Shown piece by piece: positions 1 through 13,765 of a stretch of 64,000 bases of DNA (the first letter of the stretch is position 1; every line of letters starts with the position of its first letter). This stretch comes from Eledone cirrhosa (Eukaryota), in the NCBI GenBank assembly GCA_964016885.1, contig OZ024741.1:310868001-310932000 (forward strand), written 5' to 3'. A program made the translations under genes and the position numbers. A model generated the notes under the pieces. The model was not told the DNA's origin, made no database searches, and saw nothing but the letters and a program-made list of their open reading frames with translations.

Positions 1-3000
1 CAACATCATGACCACCATCATTAACCCCACAACCACCATCACCAACACCATAAAAATCACCAAAAAAGCGAAACAGAAACAAACCCACAGCAAACGCAAA
101 AAAAACAAAACAACCATAACGATACACACTACACAGCATTAAATTTGAACAATAAGCAATTATTACACTACATCCAACACAACACCAGCATAACAGAAAA
201 AGACTACACAACACCCCAAAAGTTCACACCACCTCCACATATACAAACCACTCGCATCACAGAAAACGTACACGACACTAAAACAAAAGTTCCCCAAGGA
301 CATGGGATTCTGCCGACAAACACTCTCCAGGAGGATATATAAGGACATCCTACCGGAGGAGGCCACAATCAGTGAGAAGGATGGAGAAACCATCCTTCCT
401 CTACGAGATGTGAGGTAAGTGATCTTTCCTATCTTTTTCCACTCCTTTTCAACATGACCTCACTCAGAATAGGCAGGATAAATGCGCGTGGCCTGGAGTC
501 GTCATGGAAGGATGGCCACCCGCTCAACGACCTCAGGTCACTAAACATAGATGTGGTGGCCATCAGCGGGACCAGAATCTCCGAAGCATGAGCCTTCGCA
601 CCGATCTTCGGCGGCTACGATGTGTACGCATCTCCCAGCCGTCCTGGATCGGGGGGAAGAGTTGCTGTGCTTTTTCTGAGATGTTTGGATCTCACCATAC
701 GGGCCATCTTCCTGAACTCAGTAGGTAAGTTGGTGGTGCTGGACGTGACCAGCGGAGACGGGCAAGCTTTCAGATTAGTGGCCGTCTATGCGCCGACAGG
801 AGCAGGGTGGCCTGATTTCTTCCGGAGTCTGGAGACCTTTCTTGGAAGATCCCGCTCTTTAGTGTTAGTGGGCGATTGGAACGGGATCTTAAATGCACGC
901 TGGGACTGTGTGGGATTAGCGGATAGGGGAGGAGGGTGTAAAAGCCTCGCAAACCTGCTCAGACGGTTTTCACTGTCTGACAGGTACCGTCTGGTTTTCT
1001 CGCATGTGCCAAAGTGGACATTGACAAACCGCATCGCGTCATCCAGATCATATCTAGATAGGGTATTTTGTAGGGAAATAGATAGGTCTAGCATAGGCTG
1101 TCCACATTTCAAAATAGCCGACTACACGGACCACAAATTCATGATCTGTGAGGTTGACTTAGATAGGCTTCATAGACAGGGACCCGGCTACTGGAAGCTA
1201 AATGCGTCATTAACAGCGCTCAAGGCCTACAGAGACCAGATTAGCGAACTAGTTAAGCGAGCTAGGGTGCGTGCTCTCAGACACGAGGGGACGAAAGCCG
1301 TTCAATGGGTCCGTATGGTGGAGGCGCGTCGTAGCAACAAAGCCACGTTCCGGTCTTTGGTGGACCACGACGGATGCATGCTACTCAATTCCGGAAAATG
1401 TGTGAAGCTTTTCAGCGACACTTCGCTCAGCTGTTCGAGGGCAGCGGTGGTGCGGATTGAGGTTTGGACTTTAGTGCCTACCTCGACGGACTGCCGCGGC
1501 TCTCGGCCACTGAGGCGGAGTGTTCCGAAAGGCCGATAACAGCCGCTGAAGTACGGAAGGCAATGACTGGTGCATAAGAGGTATATCGCCTTGTTTGGAT
1601 AGTCTGCTCTACGAAGTTTACGTACAGATGCCAGACTTGTACGTAGGCCTCTTGTCGGACGCCTACTGCAACTGGCAAGAGAACGGGAGAATTCCCAGCT
1701 CTGTGAGCCGAGGAGCGGTGGCGCTGCTGAGAAAGGATCCGAACAAGGGGATAACATAGATAATTTCAGGCCCATAACTCTGCTAAGCACAGAGTTCAAG
1801 ATTTTGGCCAAGGTGCTAGCAAGGAGGTTGGCGCTTGTCGTTGGTGGTCTGATGGGAGAGGCGCAGACGTGCGCCATTCCCGACAGATCCATCCACGACA
1901 ACCTCCACCTCATGCGATACATCGTAGAGAGGGTAGCTACGGAACGTGGCACGGATGGGTCCTTGATCAATTTAGATAAGTCGAAAGCATTCTATAGCGT
2001 CGACCATCGTTACCTAGCGGCAGTCCTGAGGGCGGCTGGCTTTGGGCCGTCTTCAGAGGTTGGATCGCTGCCATGCACAGCGACATCTGCTCTTTGGTGA
2101 GAGTGAACGGTCACCTTTCGGAACCGTTCAACATAATGCGCTCGATCCGCCAAGGATGTCCCCTCTCGTCCCTCTTGTACGTATTGACTCTCGAGCCATT
2201 ACTGCACAAACTGGAGACGTTGAGGGCGGTCCCGCGCGAATTAGGATGCGGAAGATCCGTGTCAGCATATGCGGATGATGTCGATGTGGTGGTGTCGAAC
2301 GCCAATCACATCGAGGCGATCGGCAATACATTAAGAGAATACGAAGCGGTGTCAGGAGCAATGATCAATCAGGAAAAGTCAGTGGGCCTGCATCTCGGCA
2401 CCTGGAGAGGCAGGTCCATGCCGTCCAACAACGTCGTCGGGCGCTGGACGGACGGACCGGTTAAATTGGTAAGGGTCTGGTTCGGTCCGGACCTCCAGAC
2501 GGACAAAAACTGGGACGAGGTGACGAGCGGGGTGGCTTCTCTCACCCAAAAATGAGCAGAGAGGAAGCTATCCCTGAAAGGTCGAGCGGAGGTGGCTAAC
2601 GCGTACATGCGTCCGTCATCTGCTATCGCCTGACCGTCGTACCTTGTCCTAAGCCCCGCCTGACTGCGCTGGAGCGTTTGCTCTTTCACTTTTTGTGGAA
2701 GGCGACGCGCTCCGATGGTCAGGCGGACCATCTGCTGTCAACACCCGCTACGTGGAGGGCTGGGCATGCCGTGGCTGATGATGCGCAGACACGCGCTCAG
2801 GCTACGACATCTCCACCTCTTCCTCGACGGTGACGAGGTGTGGTCGCCGTTTGCTAGACACGTCTTTCGCCAGCTCGTCTCCTGGACGGAGCTGCAGTCC
2901 TGGGTCAAGCGAAGACCGAGAGGGAGCGCTTGGAGACTGTAATGTCTTCAGACGCTCACAGCTCTCGACCAATCGGGCAATGTGATCGGTAGAAACTCCA

Positions 3001-3227
3001 CCTTGGCGTTCCATAGAGGATTAGTGGAGGGGTAGAGCGACGAGGTACTTGGAGAAACTCTAGGCAGTGGGCCTGCAGCTCTATTGGGGAATTTTTCATT
3101 GTTATTTTTTTATTACATCCTCTGTTTTTTATTACACGCAGAAATGCCCATTCGTACCGTCCTGTATTGTCCTGTACTGTCCTTAATGTCTACGTTATGT
3201 AAACCCTCGTGGTTAATAAAGAAAGCA
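1..3227 (+). mobile_element. Tx1/L1-clade LINE (subfamily A), decayed: ORF1 tail, ORF2 from ATG 454 (APE endonuclease + RT), 3' UTR
   Basis: APE motifs LVAVYAP, LVGDWNG, YLDRVF, YTDHK, GPGYWKLN; RT motifs RQGCPLS, SAYADD; stops, frameshifts, internal deletions; AATAAA then (ATT)n tail. Confidence 0.9.
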
Positions 3228-3247
3228 TTATTATTATTATTATTATT

Positions 3248-6200
3248 GTTCTTTGAGTCTCAGTCATTGGTGTTAGTTAACTGGAAAGTTTGTTGAAATA
3301 AATATCAAGCCACTACCAGCAGCCTCAGATAGTCAGGACGTATCGGGAGGTTCTTGATGTTCCCAGCAAGCATGCCTTTTGAAGCGTTCCAAAAAGCGTG
3401 AAGGGGCCAATTTTCTTTAACCATCCCTGGAAACTTTTTGAGATAGTACCTAGTGCGCCTATGACAATCGGGACCACTTTGACTTCATGGCTGTTCCAAA
3501 TCCTTTTTACCGCCCACTTTAAGTCCTGGTATCGGTTAATTTTCTCCCTCTCCTTCTCTTACACTCTCGTGTCGAATGGGCAGGCCACATCCACAATCAG
3601 GCACGATCTTTTTTCCTTGTCCAAAACCACCAGGTCAGGTCTATTGTGTTCCAGTTTCTTGTCCGTCTGTATCCTAAAATCCCACAGCACCTTCACCTGA
3701 TCGTTTTCTATCACCGACTTTGGCTTATGCTCATACCACTTCTCAGAATGTGGTAAATTGTTTACTTTGCATAGGTGCCAGTGGATCACCCTGCCCATCA
3801 CATCATGTCTCCAGCCCTTATAGTGAGTCTAGGCTTGGTGCTTACACTCGGATACAATGTGAGCCACAGTCTCCTCTCTCTCTCCACAGATCCTGCAACG
3901 GTGGGCTCGCCTCCTACTTGTAAATATGGTTTTTCAACCACTTCGTTTTGAGCTATTAGCTTTCCTTCTGTAGCCTTTTGAAGGTCTCCTCTTTTAAACC
4001 AGTTCAATATCTGTGGATCTCTGAATTCAGTTTTCTCAAAGAAGGTACTATGAAGGGATTTTTCCTGAAGGCTGCTCTTTCTCCTTGTTGTTATTTCCTC
4101 CTTGGACATCCCCTGGTCTATTGTCCTCTCCTTCAGTACAGTTCTGAGCATTGGCTCCTTACTATCAGTCACGTATTTGTTTAGGTTGTTCTTCTACAGC
4201 TGAACACAGTCCTCTATGCTGATAAGACATCTTCCGCCTTCAGATCTCCTTAAGTAGAGTCTATCGACATCACTCCTCTTGTGGAATATGTTGTAGATAG
4301 TCAATATCTTCCTAGTCTTCCTATCCATTTCTTTTTGTTCAGCAACATTCCATCTCAGATTTCCCGCACTGTACCTAATAATAGACACAGCTCGGGAATT
4401 TACTGCACTTATGGCATTCCTACTGTTCAGATGTGACTTTAATACGCTCCTTACTCTCCGAATGTATTCAGTTCTTATCAATTCCTTCATTTTTTTTGTT
4501 CTTGATGTCATCAGCCGCCAGAACACCCAAATACTTGTATCCTTCTTCAGTGTTAATTTCCTTTATCATCTCGCCTGTTGGTACCTGGATTCCGTTGCTT
4601 CTGCTCAATTTACCCCTATTCATCACAAGGACTTCACACTTACTAATACCAAATTGCATACATATATCATTGCTGAAAATACGGACAGTGTCAACAAGCA
4701 CATCCAACTCCTTCTCACTCTTCCCGAAGAGCTTAAGATCGTCCATGAAGAGGAGGTGATTGATGGTAAGTTCTCCCTTTCCCAACTTGTATCCTGCTCT
4801 CACTTTTCGCAGTATAATGGTCAGGGGCATCAGGGCAAGGACAAACAACAGAGGGGACAGAATATATCCCTGGAAGATACTTCTCTTGATCTTCACGCCT
4901 CCCAAGGTTTCTCCAGCTGATGTTAACTCTGTTTCCCAGGACTTCATACTTTTGCCCAACAACTGTCTGATGTTATCTGCTACCTTGAATATATCCAGGC
5001 TTTTGCTGATCGAAGAATGAGGCACCATGTCAAATGTTTTTTTGTAGTCTATCCATCCATGGCAAGACCAGTGTGTCTCCTCTTGCAATTCCTCATTACC
5101 ATCTTATCAATAAGTAACTGGTCCTTTGTACCACGGGACTACTTTCGGCATCCTTTCTGTTCGTCCGGTAACAAGTTGTTTGTGTGGAGGTGATGGTAGA
5201 TTTCCTCAGACATAATGCTTGTCAACAGTTTCCACATTACGGACAGACATGTGATAGGTCTATAGTTGGTAACATCATTACCCTTGATTCGCTCCTTCAT
5301 TACCTGAACTGTGGTATCTTTTGTCAACCACTCTGGTACCTCACCTTACATCAAGCAGTTATTGGACATGGTTGTCAGTTCCGGGTGGAGGGATGTTATA
5401 TTTTTAATCCAATACCCCTGCACACCATCTGGGCTTGATGATTTCCAGTTGGTTAGTTTTTTGGCCTGCTCCATAAGAGTTTCAACTGTGATACTCAAAT
5501 CAGTCTGTTGGTGTGCCTGTTCACTAATCTCCTTTTGTACTGTCTCAATCCCCACTGCCTGGTCATTATGTTTTACATCCTGCTCCCATATTCCTCTCCA
5601 GAATGTCTTAGTTTGTTCCGCCTCAGGGATCAAGTCGTTGCCTCTTACTTTCCTTTCAAGCTGTCCAAACAGCATCTTCTGGTTGTTGTCCAACATGCGG
5701 TTCTGTCTATACTGACTGACTCTGCTCTCGTATCGCTTAATTTTTGTACTCTTTGCTACAATGCGTTGCTTCAGTTTCTCTATGATAATATTTAGCTTTT
5801 TCCTCCTAGTTTGTACTTTATTTCAAGTATATTTTTAGTGTCTATGTTTTTTAGTGTCCCATTCAGTAGGGACTCAAGCTTTCCAATGTCATTTCTCATT
5901 TCCCTGATTTGACCATTCAGTCGTTTCTTCCACCAAGGTTCTGATCTTTCTTGTGTTTTGTTTCCTCTCGCTTTTATACAGCATTTGCTGTTACTTTGAG
6001 GATATTGTTGCACTGGTGAAGGCTCCTCGCCTCAAGGTATGGGATGACTATGTTTACCTTAGCTGTTGTTTCTTTTAACTTTTTCCTGTCTACAAATCTT
6101 AGGTTCATAGGTCTCCCACTATCATTGTTCAATTCGTCTACCACTAAATTTAGGATGTCAACCAAATCTTGTCCTAGCCCGTCAGCATTCATCTCCTCAG

Positions 6201-6830
6201 TGGCCGTATCTCTGTTCCAGGTATTATTTATCTCAGTATTCATATCATTGTCTGCTTCGGGTGGTTCCTCCGTTCTCTCGACCTCTTCACCTTCATTTCC
6301 CACTGGCTCGTTTGCCAGGCATACTCCACCCTCCATCTCCAAGCTAATCTCTCTGCTCAGTTCCTCCAGTTCCAGCTCGCTTATCCACCCATTAGTTCTT
6401 ATTACCCGAGCCTGCCCGGTCAATTTTTGTTCATCTAATTTAAATAGACCAATCTCGTTCCAGATGTTATGCATCCGTCTCCTATAGCCCCTCTCATTGT
6501 GGTTACTTTTCAGGTAACATTGCATAACAGTTCTATTCAATTCTTTCGTCCAGTTGGTTCTGGTCCCTTTCCTTCTTCTTCTTCCTCCGACACCAGCAGT
6601 ATTTGGTTGACAGCCAGGTCCCTGCTGCTGAGCCAGGGAGCACCTGTTGGGTGAGAGTCTGTCACATGACGTTCTAGTCTCCATTTCACCGTTATTCGAA
6701 CTGTTTAGGTTCGACATTTAAACACGCTTATCGAGGATTGGCGAATGCATGGTTACATAACCACCTGTGGATTCACCGTCTCCGGTGGTTGCGTCGCTCC
6801 ACGTGGCTCTTGTATGGCATTATCACGCTG
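3248..6830 (-). mobile_element. R4/Dong-clade non-LTR retrotransposon (family A), near full length, decayed
   Basis: Single ORF from 6717; YRPITCL, WIDYKK, LLFMDDLKL; C-terminal restriction-like endonuclease NRPDLVV..LIVDVACP; 3' end runs into (AAT)n. Confidence 0.9.
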
Positions 6831-7276
6831 TAGACGAACACAAATAAACAAACAATCAAACAGACAGAAAAAACCTCCCAAAATGAATAAGCATAAGTTT
6901 CATTGTAATGTAGTGTTCGAATGTCTGACTTAGTTTTTCCCTTCCCTTCTCTGTCCCTCCGTTTGTTTCTCTCTTCATTCTTTTGTTTTTTCTTTTGAGT
7001 CGATCTATATATTTTGATGCTTTCCTCTTTTTTAGTAGGAATTCTATAATGTGGTGGCGGTGCTGTGCTAGCAGCAACTAGCAGGAGGCAATGGGAGAGA
7101 ATAGCAGCGGTAGCAATACTGAGGCAGTGGTGGTCGTGATGTGATCGTATTACTGTAGTGAAGGTGTTGTAGCGGTGGTACTAATGAAGGAGTGGTGGCG
7201 GCGGTGATGGGATAGTGGTAGTAATGATGGATGGGCGGCGGCGGTGGTGACTGTAGTGATGGCGTTGTCGTTACTG

Positions 7277-7277
7277 A

Positions 7278-7328
<51 letters not shown>
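7277..7328. repeat. (ATT)n microsatellite
   Basis: Direct sequence; abuts Dong-B 3' end. Confidence 0.95.
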
Positions 7329-7329
<1 letters not shown>

Positions 7330-7662
7330 AGTTGCATTTATCTTGCTCTATGTTCATACCAACCATCACCAAGTCACAACCCGTGACCTCAAGAGACAAC
7401 AAGGTCCGCCATGTTCAAGAAATAACATACATACACACACATGCATCTTTAGGTGTTTAGACTTGTGATGTACTTATATTGACAGAATCTTCCTTAGTAT
7501 ATGGGCAGTTCCCATTAGTACTATCCTTTGTAATTCTCCTATACGCGGGTTTCCTGGTATTAGCGATAAGTAATCATTAGACCCCTAAGGTATCATTCCT
7601 AGAGCGCCTACAACCACTGGTATTGTTTTAGTTCTCAATTTCCACATTTTTCCATTTTCTAT
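7329..7662 (-). mobile_element. R4/Dong family B 3' stub
   Basis: Matches 37413-37745, the 3' end of the long Dong-B copy (KTIPVVVGALG..GTAHILRKILSI). Confidence 0.85.
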
Positions 7663-7728
7663 TCACACATATATGTATGTGCTTGTATATAGTAATTATA
7701 GCAATTAAGTAACAAGTTTATGATATAC

Positions 7729-7860
7729 CTTGGCAACTGTCACCAATATAATCTCCAAGACATCCATCTGAACATGTTCCATGTCGTTTGTCACAATTAT
7801 TGTCGTTGATACAATGGCATGTACCATTACAAGCAACACCAAACTTTCCTATTGGGCATT
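7729..7860 (-). CDS. Internal exon encoding an 8-Cys EGF-like repeat (MEGF10/11, CED-1, SCARF type), copy 1
   Basis: ttttcag acceptor, AG|gtata donor, 132 nt, phase 1-1; ECPIGKFGVACNGTCHCINDNNCDKRHGTCSDGCLGDYIGDSCQ. Confidence 0.85.
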
Positions 7861-8178
7861 CTGAAAATATCAATAAATATGATAATGTTGAAGATATCAT
7901 TAATTACATACAGATATCAATGACACCATTTTATACCAAATTTTAAGATTAAAGCGGTCTTGTGATAAACATATGAACTTGTATACTTATTGAATACTAT
8001 ATCGATCCTCTATAATATATACATGGATTTTTAGTTCAGTGAAATGCAATGTTAAAAACATTATGCAAGAAACAAATAATATTATAAGAAAAATAACATA
8101 TATAATCCTTCAAAATCTTACCATATTCTATCACTTTCTACGGTATGTATTTGCGACATTCTTACATTTAAATATGTA

Positions 8179-8293
<115 letters not shown>

Positions 8294-8629
8294 TGTATCA
8301 TTATCTATAAAAGGCAGATTGTTGTTGTTGTGTGTGTGCATGTTCCATGTTTATACATTTGCAAAATTGCAAACCGATTCGACTCGACGTCTGTAAGAAT
8401 GTTGTAAATGGTCTCACGTAGGTCAACGACTATTTATTCATTCAAACTCACCCATAAATACGGAAATAATCGATAAAACTAAATACATGACGCTTTACCC
8501 CTCTAATACAATCTAAATACCTGTCTCTACTCCCTTTAAAATTCGATAAAACTACATACATGCTGCACATTTCTCTTATATACGCTTAAACTTATAAACT
8601 TCCTTTAGGAACGTCGAAGAAAGAAATGA

Positions 8630-8678
<49 letters not shown>

Positions 8679-9185
8679 GAGAGGGAGAGAGAACGTTTGT
8701 TTTTGAGTGTGGAACGGTCAAATATTTATTTACTTCAATGACAAAGAGAACTTATTACATTTCATACGAAACAACAATTATTCAAAAGCAACAGATACAT
8801 TTATTCAACAACAAAAAGAAAGCGATAAATCTTTTTTAAAACATTTCTCAACGAACGTGGAAGAAAGAAGTATCAGTTCATTTACTATACACAATAATAT
8901 CCACTATGAGGTCACTAAACCTTTTAGAAACAGCAGCTATCTCTCCCCCATATCACACCACTCCCTACTTTCTTAAATTTAGAAAACATATCCACTATGA
9001 GGTCACTAGACACACATTAGACAACCACGCAGAACAACTCCATCGCAGCTCTGTTGTTCGGCTGACATCGTCTACGCGCGTGTTGCGCAAGTACTGTGAA
9101 ACAATACATTTCAACACTTCTTTGCACAGAGATAATATCCATAGGCGAAACTAAAATTGTCACCGCTGGCACAGCGAATGTAGGT

Positions 9186-9730
9186 GACAGTGTCACTTAC
9201 ATTCGCATATTGGACACATTAGCCATGAATAAAGTAACTCTAACAATAGAAATCATTCATCATCTATATCACATGTAAGTAGCAAACGATTCTGCAAATA
9301 AAGAGAAGTGTTGTAGTTATATACAAAGAGACTATCTTAGTAAAAAGAAGGATATTTTAAGGGGACACCCACTCATCACCTCTCTCCTATCTAGCACTGA
9401 AACCAATAACTGAGATACTGAACAAGACTAGACACGAATATAAATGGTAGGGTAAGACAAATATAAATAATTGAAAACGGAAAATCTAAAGCTGCATGCT
9501 GCAAACAGAAGTAAATTGAAACACTGGTGGAAAGACTACATAGATTCACAAAGGAATTAAGCAGAACTTGAGAGAGCGAACATAATCTTTGATGTCCCAA
9601 TACGCACAGACATTAAGATCAAAGACAACTGATCCGATAATATGGGGAAACAACACAAAGAAAGAGTATTCCCTACTAACTGACGGATATATATATAAGT
9701 AGAAAACAAATTACTGGGATAGCCTTGGTA
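9186..9730 (+). mobile_element. Old R4/Dong-like RT fragment
   Basis: Longer paralog at ~43560-44290 reads LSMAWID..DSV and GD..SPLL-like remnants. Confidence 0.55.
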
Positions 9731-9736
9731 AATTGA

Positions 9737-9925
9737 ATGTTCCCGAAATACGCCGACTTGTTCGTCAGCTACATCGAAGCTCAAATTTTCTCCCAGTATA
9801 CTGCACCTACCCCTGAGCTATACGGCCGTTACATCGAGTATTCTATCGGCGCCACTTCTTTCTCCTACGAACTGCTTGACTCCTCTTTTTCTTTTGTCCA
9901 GTCTTTCCAACCCACCCTTACCTCC
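9737..9925 (+). mobile_element. Penelope-like RT fragment
   Basis: PKYADLFVSYIE..PELYGRYIEY resembles PLE RT P.YANLF..Y.RYIDD; paralog at 44302-44490. Confidence 0.65.
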
Positions 9926-9959
9926 ATTATCTCCTTAACTAGGTTTAACTAGGTATACC

Positions 9960-12425
9960 TAGCAAGGGCAGAGGGAAAAAAGCAATAGCTCATGTTCTTC
10001 GTCGCAAAGATCAGTTGAAGAATGTATATCGGATTACAAGAGATTGTGCTGGAGAAAATCGTGAAATGGTCGAAATGGTAGTGGAACACTTACCCTGTCT
10101 TATGCCGAAATGAAGGAGACATAGAGTACTTACTATGAGAGACTACTGAACGAAGAGAATAAATGTGACAGTAAGGGCATACCGCATGTAGAGCTGACTA
10201 AGGGATCAGCTAAGAAGTTGACAGCAGTGATATAGATAAAGCAATTAAGGACATGGAGGTAGAGAAGGCTACTCGTCCATCTGGTATATTTGTTGAGAGG
10301 CGAAAAGCACCTGGCATTGTAGGATATGTGCTAGTCGGTCATATAGTTAATCAAGTAGTACAAAAAAGGCGTCATACCCAATGTCTGCAGCAGCAAAGTT
10401 ATTGTCAACTTCTACAAAGGCAATGAAGATTCACTAGAGAGAATAAGAACAGGTTTGATTTCGAGTGCTGCATGGCAGGATGAAAATCAATGCTGCGAAA
10501 ACTGAGACTCTCGTCTTCTCAGGAATCTTGTGCTGTACAATCTACATATGAATGGAGTTCCACTGAAACACGGGGAGAAATTCAAGTATCTCGGGGCCAT
10601 GTTCACAAGTGACGAAATGCATGAGGCTGAATTAAGTGCAAGAATTGCACGAGCTGGTGCTGTAATGCGCCGGCTTCAGCAGTCGGTTTCAAAATAAGGG
10701 ATGTAAGTGAAAGGTCTAAACTAGTTATCTTCAGTACGGTATTCGTGTGAACACTCATTATGGTCATGAATCTTGGGTAATGACCTAAAGAATATGATCG
10801 TGGATGCAAGCGTCAGAAATGGTGTTCCTCAAAAAGGTATATAGAGTAACGTTACTCAGTAGGGTGTTTAGCTTGGAGGTCAGGTCTCCTTCCAGGGAGA
10901 ATCGCTACTTCTCAGAATTGAGAGATTATCGATACGATACAATATGCAATTGTTTAGAACGTCTCGGGAAAAAATCGCTAGAAAGATTTTAGTTGTAAAC
11001 GCAACCGGAAGGAAGCCCAGAGAAAGAGACCGCGCAAGATGGTTGGATAACATCCATGAGCTCATCTGGTCGAGATTGGGGATAGAGCCGGATCATTTGG
11101 AGTGGGTTGCTTCTGACAAACCCACTGGAAGGAATGGTTGAAGACTCTTCCCCCAGCCACTACAATCTTAAGAAGAAGAAGAAGAAAAAGAAAAAGAAAA
11201 AGAAAAAAGAAAAAGAAAAAGAAAAAGAAGAAGAAAAAGAAGAATAGTGCCATTGAGTCCCCCTTTATAGTGCGACGACTGGTTGAGAGGTACTTAGTTA
11301 AGTGTAAGCCATTGTATCTGGATTTTGTAGATAGGGAGAATGCCTTTTACAGGTCCCATTCTCTGTAATATGGTGGACACTTAGGAAGTTAGATGTATAT
11401 GAATATCTTGTGAGAGCATTGTGGGCCATGTATAAAAAATCTGGAAGCCATTAGAGTGATGAAGTGCAGTTCGATGTCCACCGGGGCTCAGTCCTTAGTC
11501 CACCCCTATTTGTGACTGTGCTTCACTGTTCTTCACGGAATATTTAAAAACTGGTACTCCGTGGGCGTTCCTATATGCTGATGACCTCTTCCTTAAAATG
11601 AATCCGTAGGACGGTAAGGGACAAAACTTGAAACATGCAAGAACCTAGAGTTGAAATGCTTAAAACTAGTTGCATAAAAGGCAAAAGGGCTAAGTACGAA
11701 AGAGGACAAGAAGGTTATACAATCAGGGAGATGGCTGTGTTTGATATGCCAGAAAATGGTGGGCAGGAGTTCTATAAGGTGCACAGAGTGCAATCGATGG
11801 ACTCACAAGAGATGTGGCTGATGCACAGAAGAAGGGACCCCTAAAAACTTACGTGAAGGATATTCCAGGTAAGCTCCTAGAAATTATCAACAGCCTTTGT
11901 TACTTAGGCGATCAAAATCACAAGTGTGGAGCATACACTGAAAGTGTGACAACCAGGATCAGAACAGGCTTATACCTCTACGAATAACAAGCATTTTCTC
12001 ACCCGGGGGGAAGATAAGACAGTATGATGCCTGTGGGCAGAGGGCAATGCTAAATGGCTGGTAAACGTGGGCCTTAACTACAGAAGACATCCGAAGTCTG
12101 GAGAGAAATTACGACAGTATGTTCCGATTAATGTGTAATGCTAATGTGCATGGATGATGTAGTAGAAATGAACTTAGAAGAAAACTTTATATAAGAGGAT
12201 TTGGATAAAATGTCTAAAAGAGAGATTACTCTGGTATGGATATGTGATACGTATGGAAGACAGCAGCTGAACAAAGAAATGCAGAGCAATCGCAGTGGCT
12301 GGTACACAAGCAAAAGGCAGACCAAAAAAACTTGTGATGACAAAGGATCGAATGGGCTGAAGCTATGCTGTGTTAATGAAGACCCGACCAGAATCATAAG
12401 ATATGACCTGACCCATCCATGAACA
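9960..12425 (+). mobile_element. Degenerate RTE-clade LINE fragments, with an (AAG)n tail at 11170-11243
   Basis: Remnants MKINAAKTE, KFKYLG, ASEMVFL, GRKPR..RWLDNI, LYADDL; paralog at ~44520-46690. Confidence 0.7.
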
Positions 12426-12889
12426 AGCCCCTCCCTCCTACTATTACTCCCCCTATCTGTCCACCTCAATGCGGCATCCACTACACATACACCCTCGAGA
12501 ACCATTCACACACTAAACACCTTAGATATCCTCACCATTGGCCAATAGTATCTGCCTTCTATCCTCATTGTTCACGCCACTCTACTAGCAAACCTTCTCC
12601 CTCACTATCCCTTATCCATCTCTCTAACACGACCCCAATTTCCATCAACTACATTTTTCGCTACCCACCCCCGTACACTAATCAACTATCCCTAATTCAT
12701 ACCCATCCCTAACCCCGCTTCCTATCTCTCCATCACGCCCCATATCACTACCATGTTGACCACATCCCTCAGACCACTACTCCCCATATACTAATCAGCA
12801 ACTCCTACCCTTTAGTCATTGTCCTGCCAAAGAAACGTCCACACATCCCTATAACTTCATACTTATCTCCCTCCCTATTGTCCCTTCTC

Positions 12890-13263
12890 CATAATTGAGA
12901 GGGTTCTGCAGTTGGATTTATGGTCAACATCTCCAGAGTGGTTGGTGAGAGGAAGTTCACCTGCTGTAGATTCCATACATAAAAGAATTGAGATAACTCT
13001 TTAGTTGTTTTAAAAACACAACCTCCTTAGTTCTGCTGATCTACACAATAAAAGCAATCAGCACCCGCTACAAAGCAGTTGGTGTTACGAAAGGTATACT
13101 GTCGTAGAAAGTTTATTAAACAAAGGGTGAGTAGGGCCCTTCAGTTTCTGTCAAAAAATAACTTCTCGATATGAACTTGGCCTGTCTGGTAGGTCAATAG
13201 CTACGCTTCAGTAGTACACTTGCTTGCAGATGGAAGCGGACGTCAAATGATGAGGATGATGAC
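12890..13263 (+). mobile_element. SINE or RTE 3' end with (ATG)n-like tail
   Basis: Ends atggaagcggacgtcaaatgatgaggatgatga, resembling RTE-type 3' tails. Confidence 0.45.
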
Positions 13264-13494
13264 ATATACCTATGTATACACACACACAAACAGACACACC
13301 CACACACACACTAATATATATATATATATATACATATGGGATAACAAATTATCGTTATAGGTAATCCAGTTAGAGGTTCTGAGTACTCTGTATTGTGGGT
13401 AGCTTTAACGTACGGCGTTGTGTGACACAAGAGGTTTACTTAGTTAGGTGGGGAGTACCCGGGAATTCCTATGCAGGTTAATCTTGGAGTAATA

Positions 13495-13740
13495 ATAGTG
13501 AAAGAGTGAAGAATAACATCGTCAACAGTACAACAACGGCTTTATTTACAGTATTAAAAATTGTTTCATTGATTAGGATGTCTAAAGATTGCTAATCACT
13601 TGAAGTGTCACTCAATCTTAAATACAGTGAATGCCTAATCAAATCATTGGAATAACACAGATATTCCGAGCAATGAAACAATACTGTAAATAAAACCCTT
13701 TTTGTACTGTTGACCATGTTATTCTTCACCCTTTCACTAT
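13495..13740. mobile_element. 246-bp foldback/MITE-like element with ~70-bp terminal inverted repeats
   Basis: 13495-13571 is the near reverse complement of 13671-13740; adjoins (TA)n. Confidence 0.75.
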
Positions 13741-13765
13741 ATATATATATATATTAATTCATAAT

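Noticed and set aside
6718-6830. HDV-like ribozyme at the Dong-A 5' end
   Set aside because: Only a GAGA-loop hairpin and a ccacgtgg palindrome were seen; I could not assemble the nested double pseudoknot.
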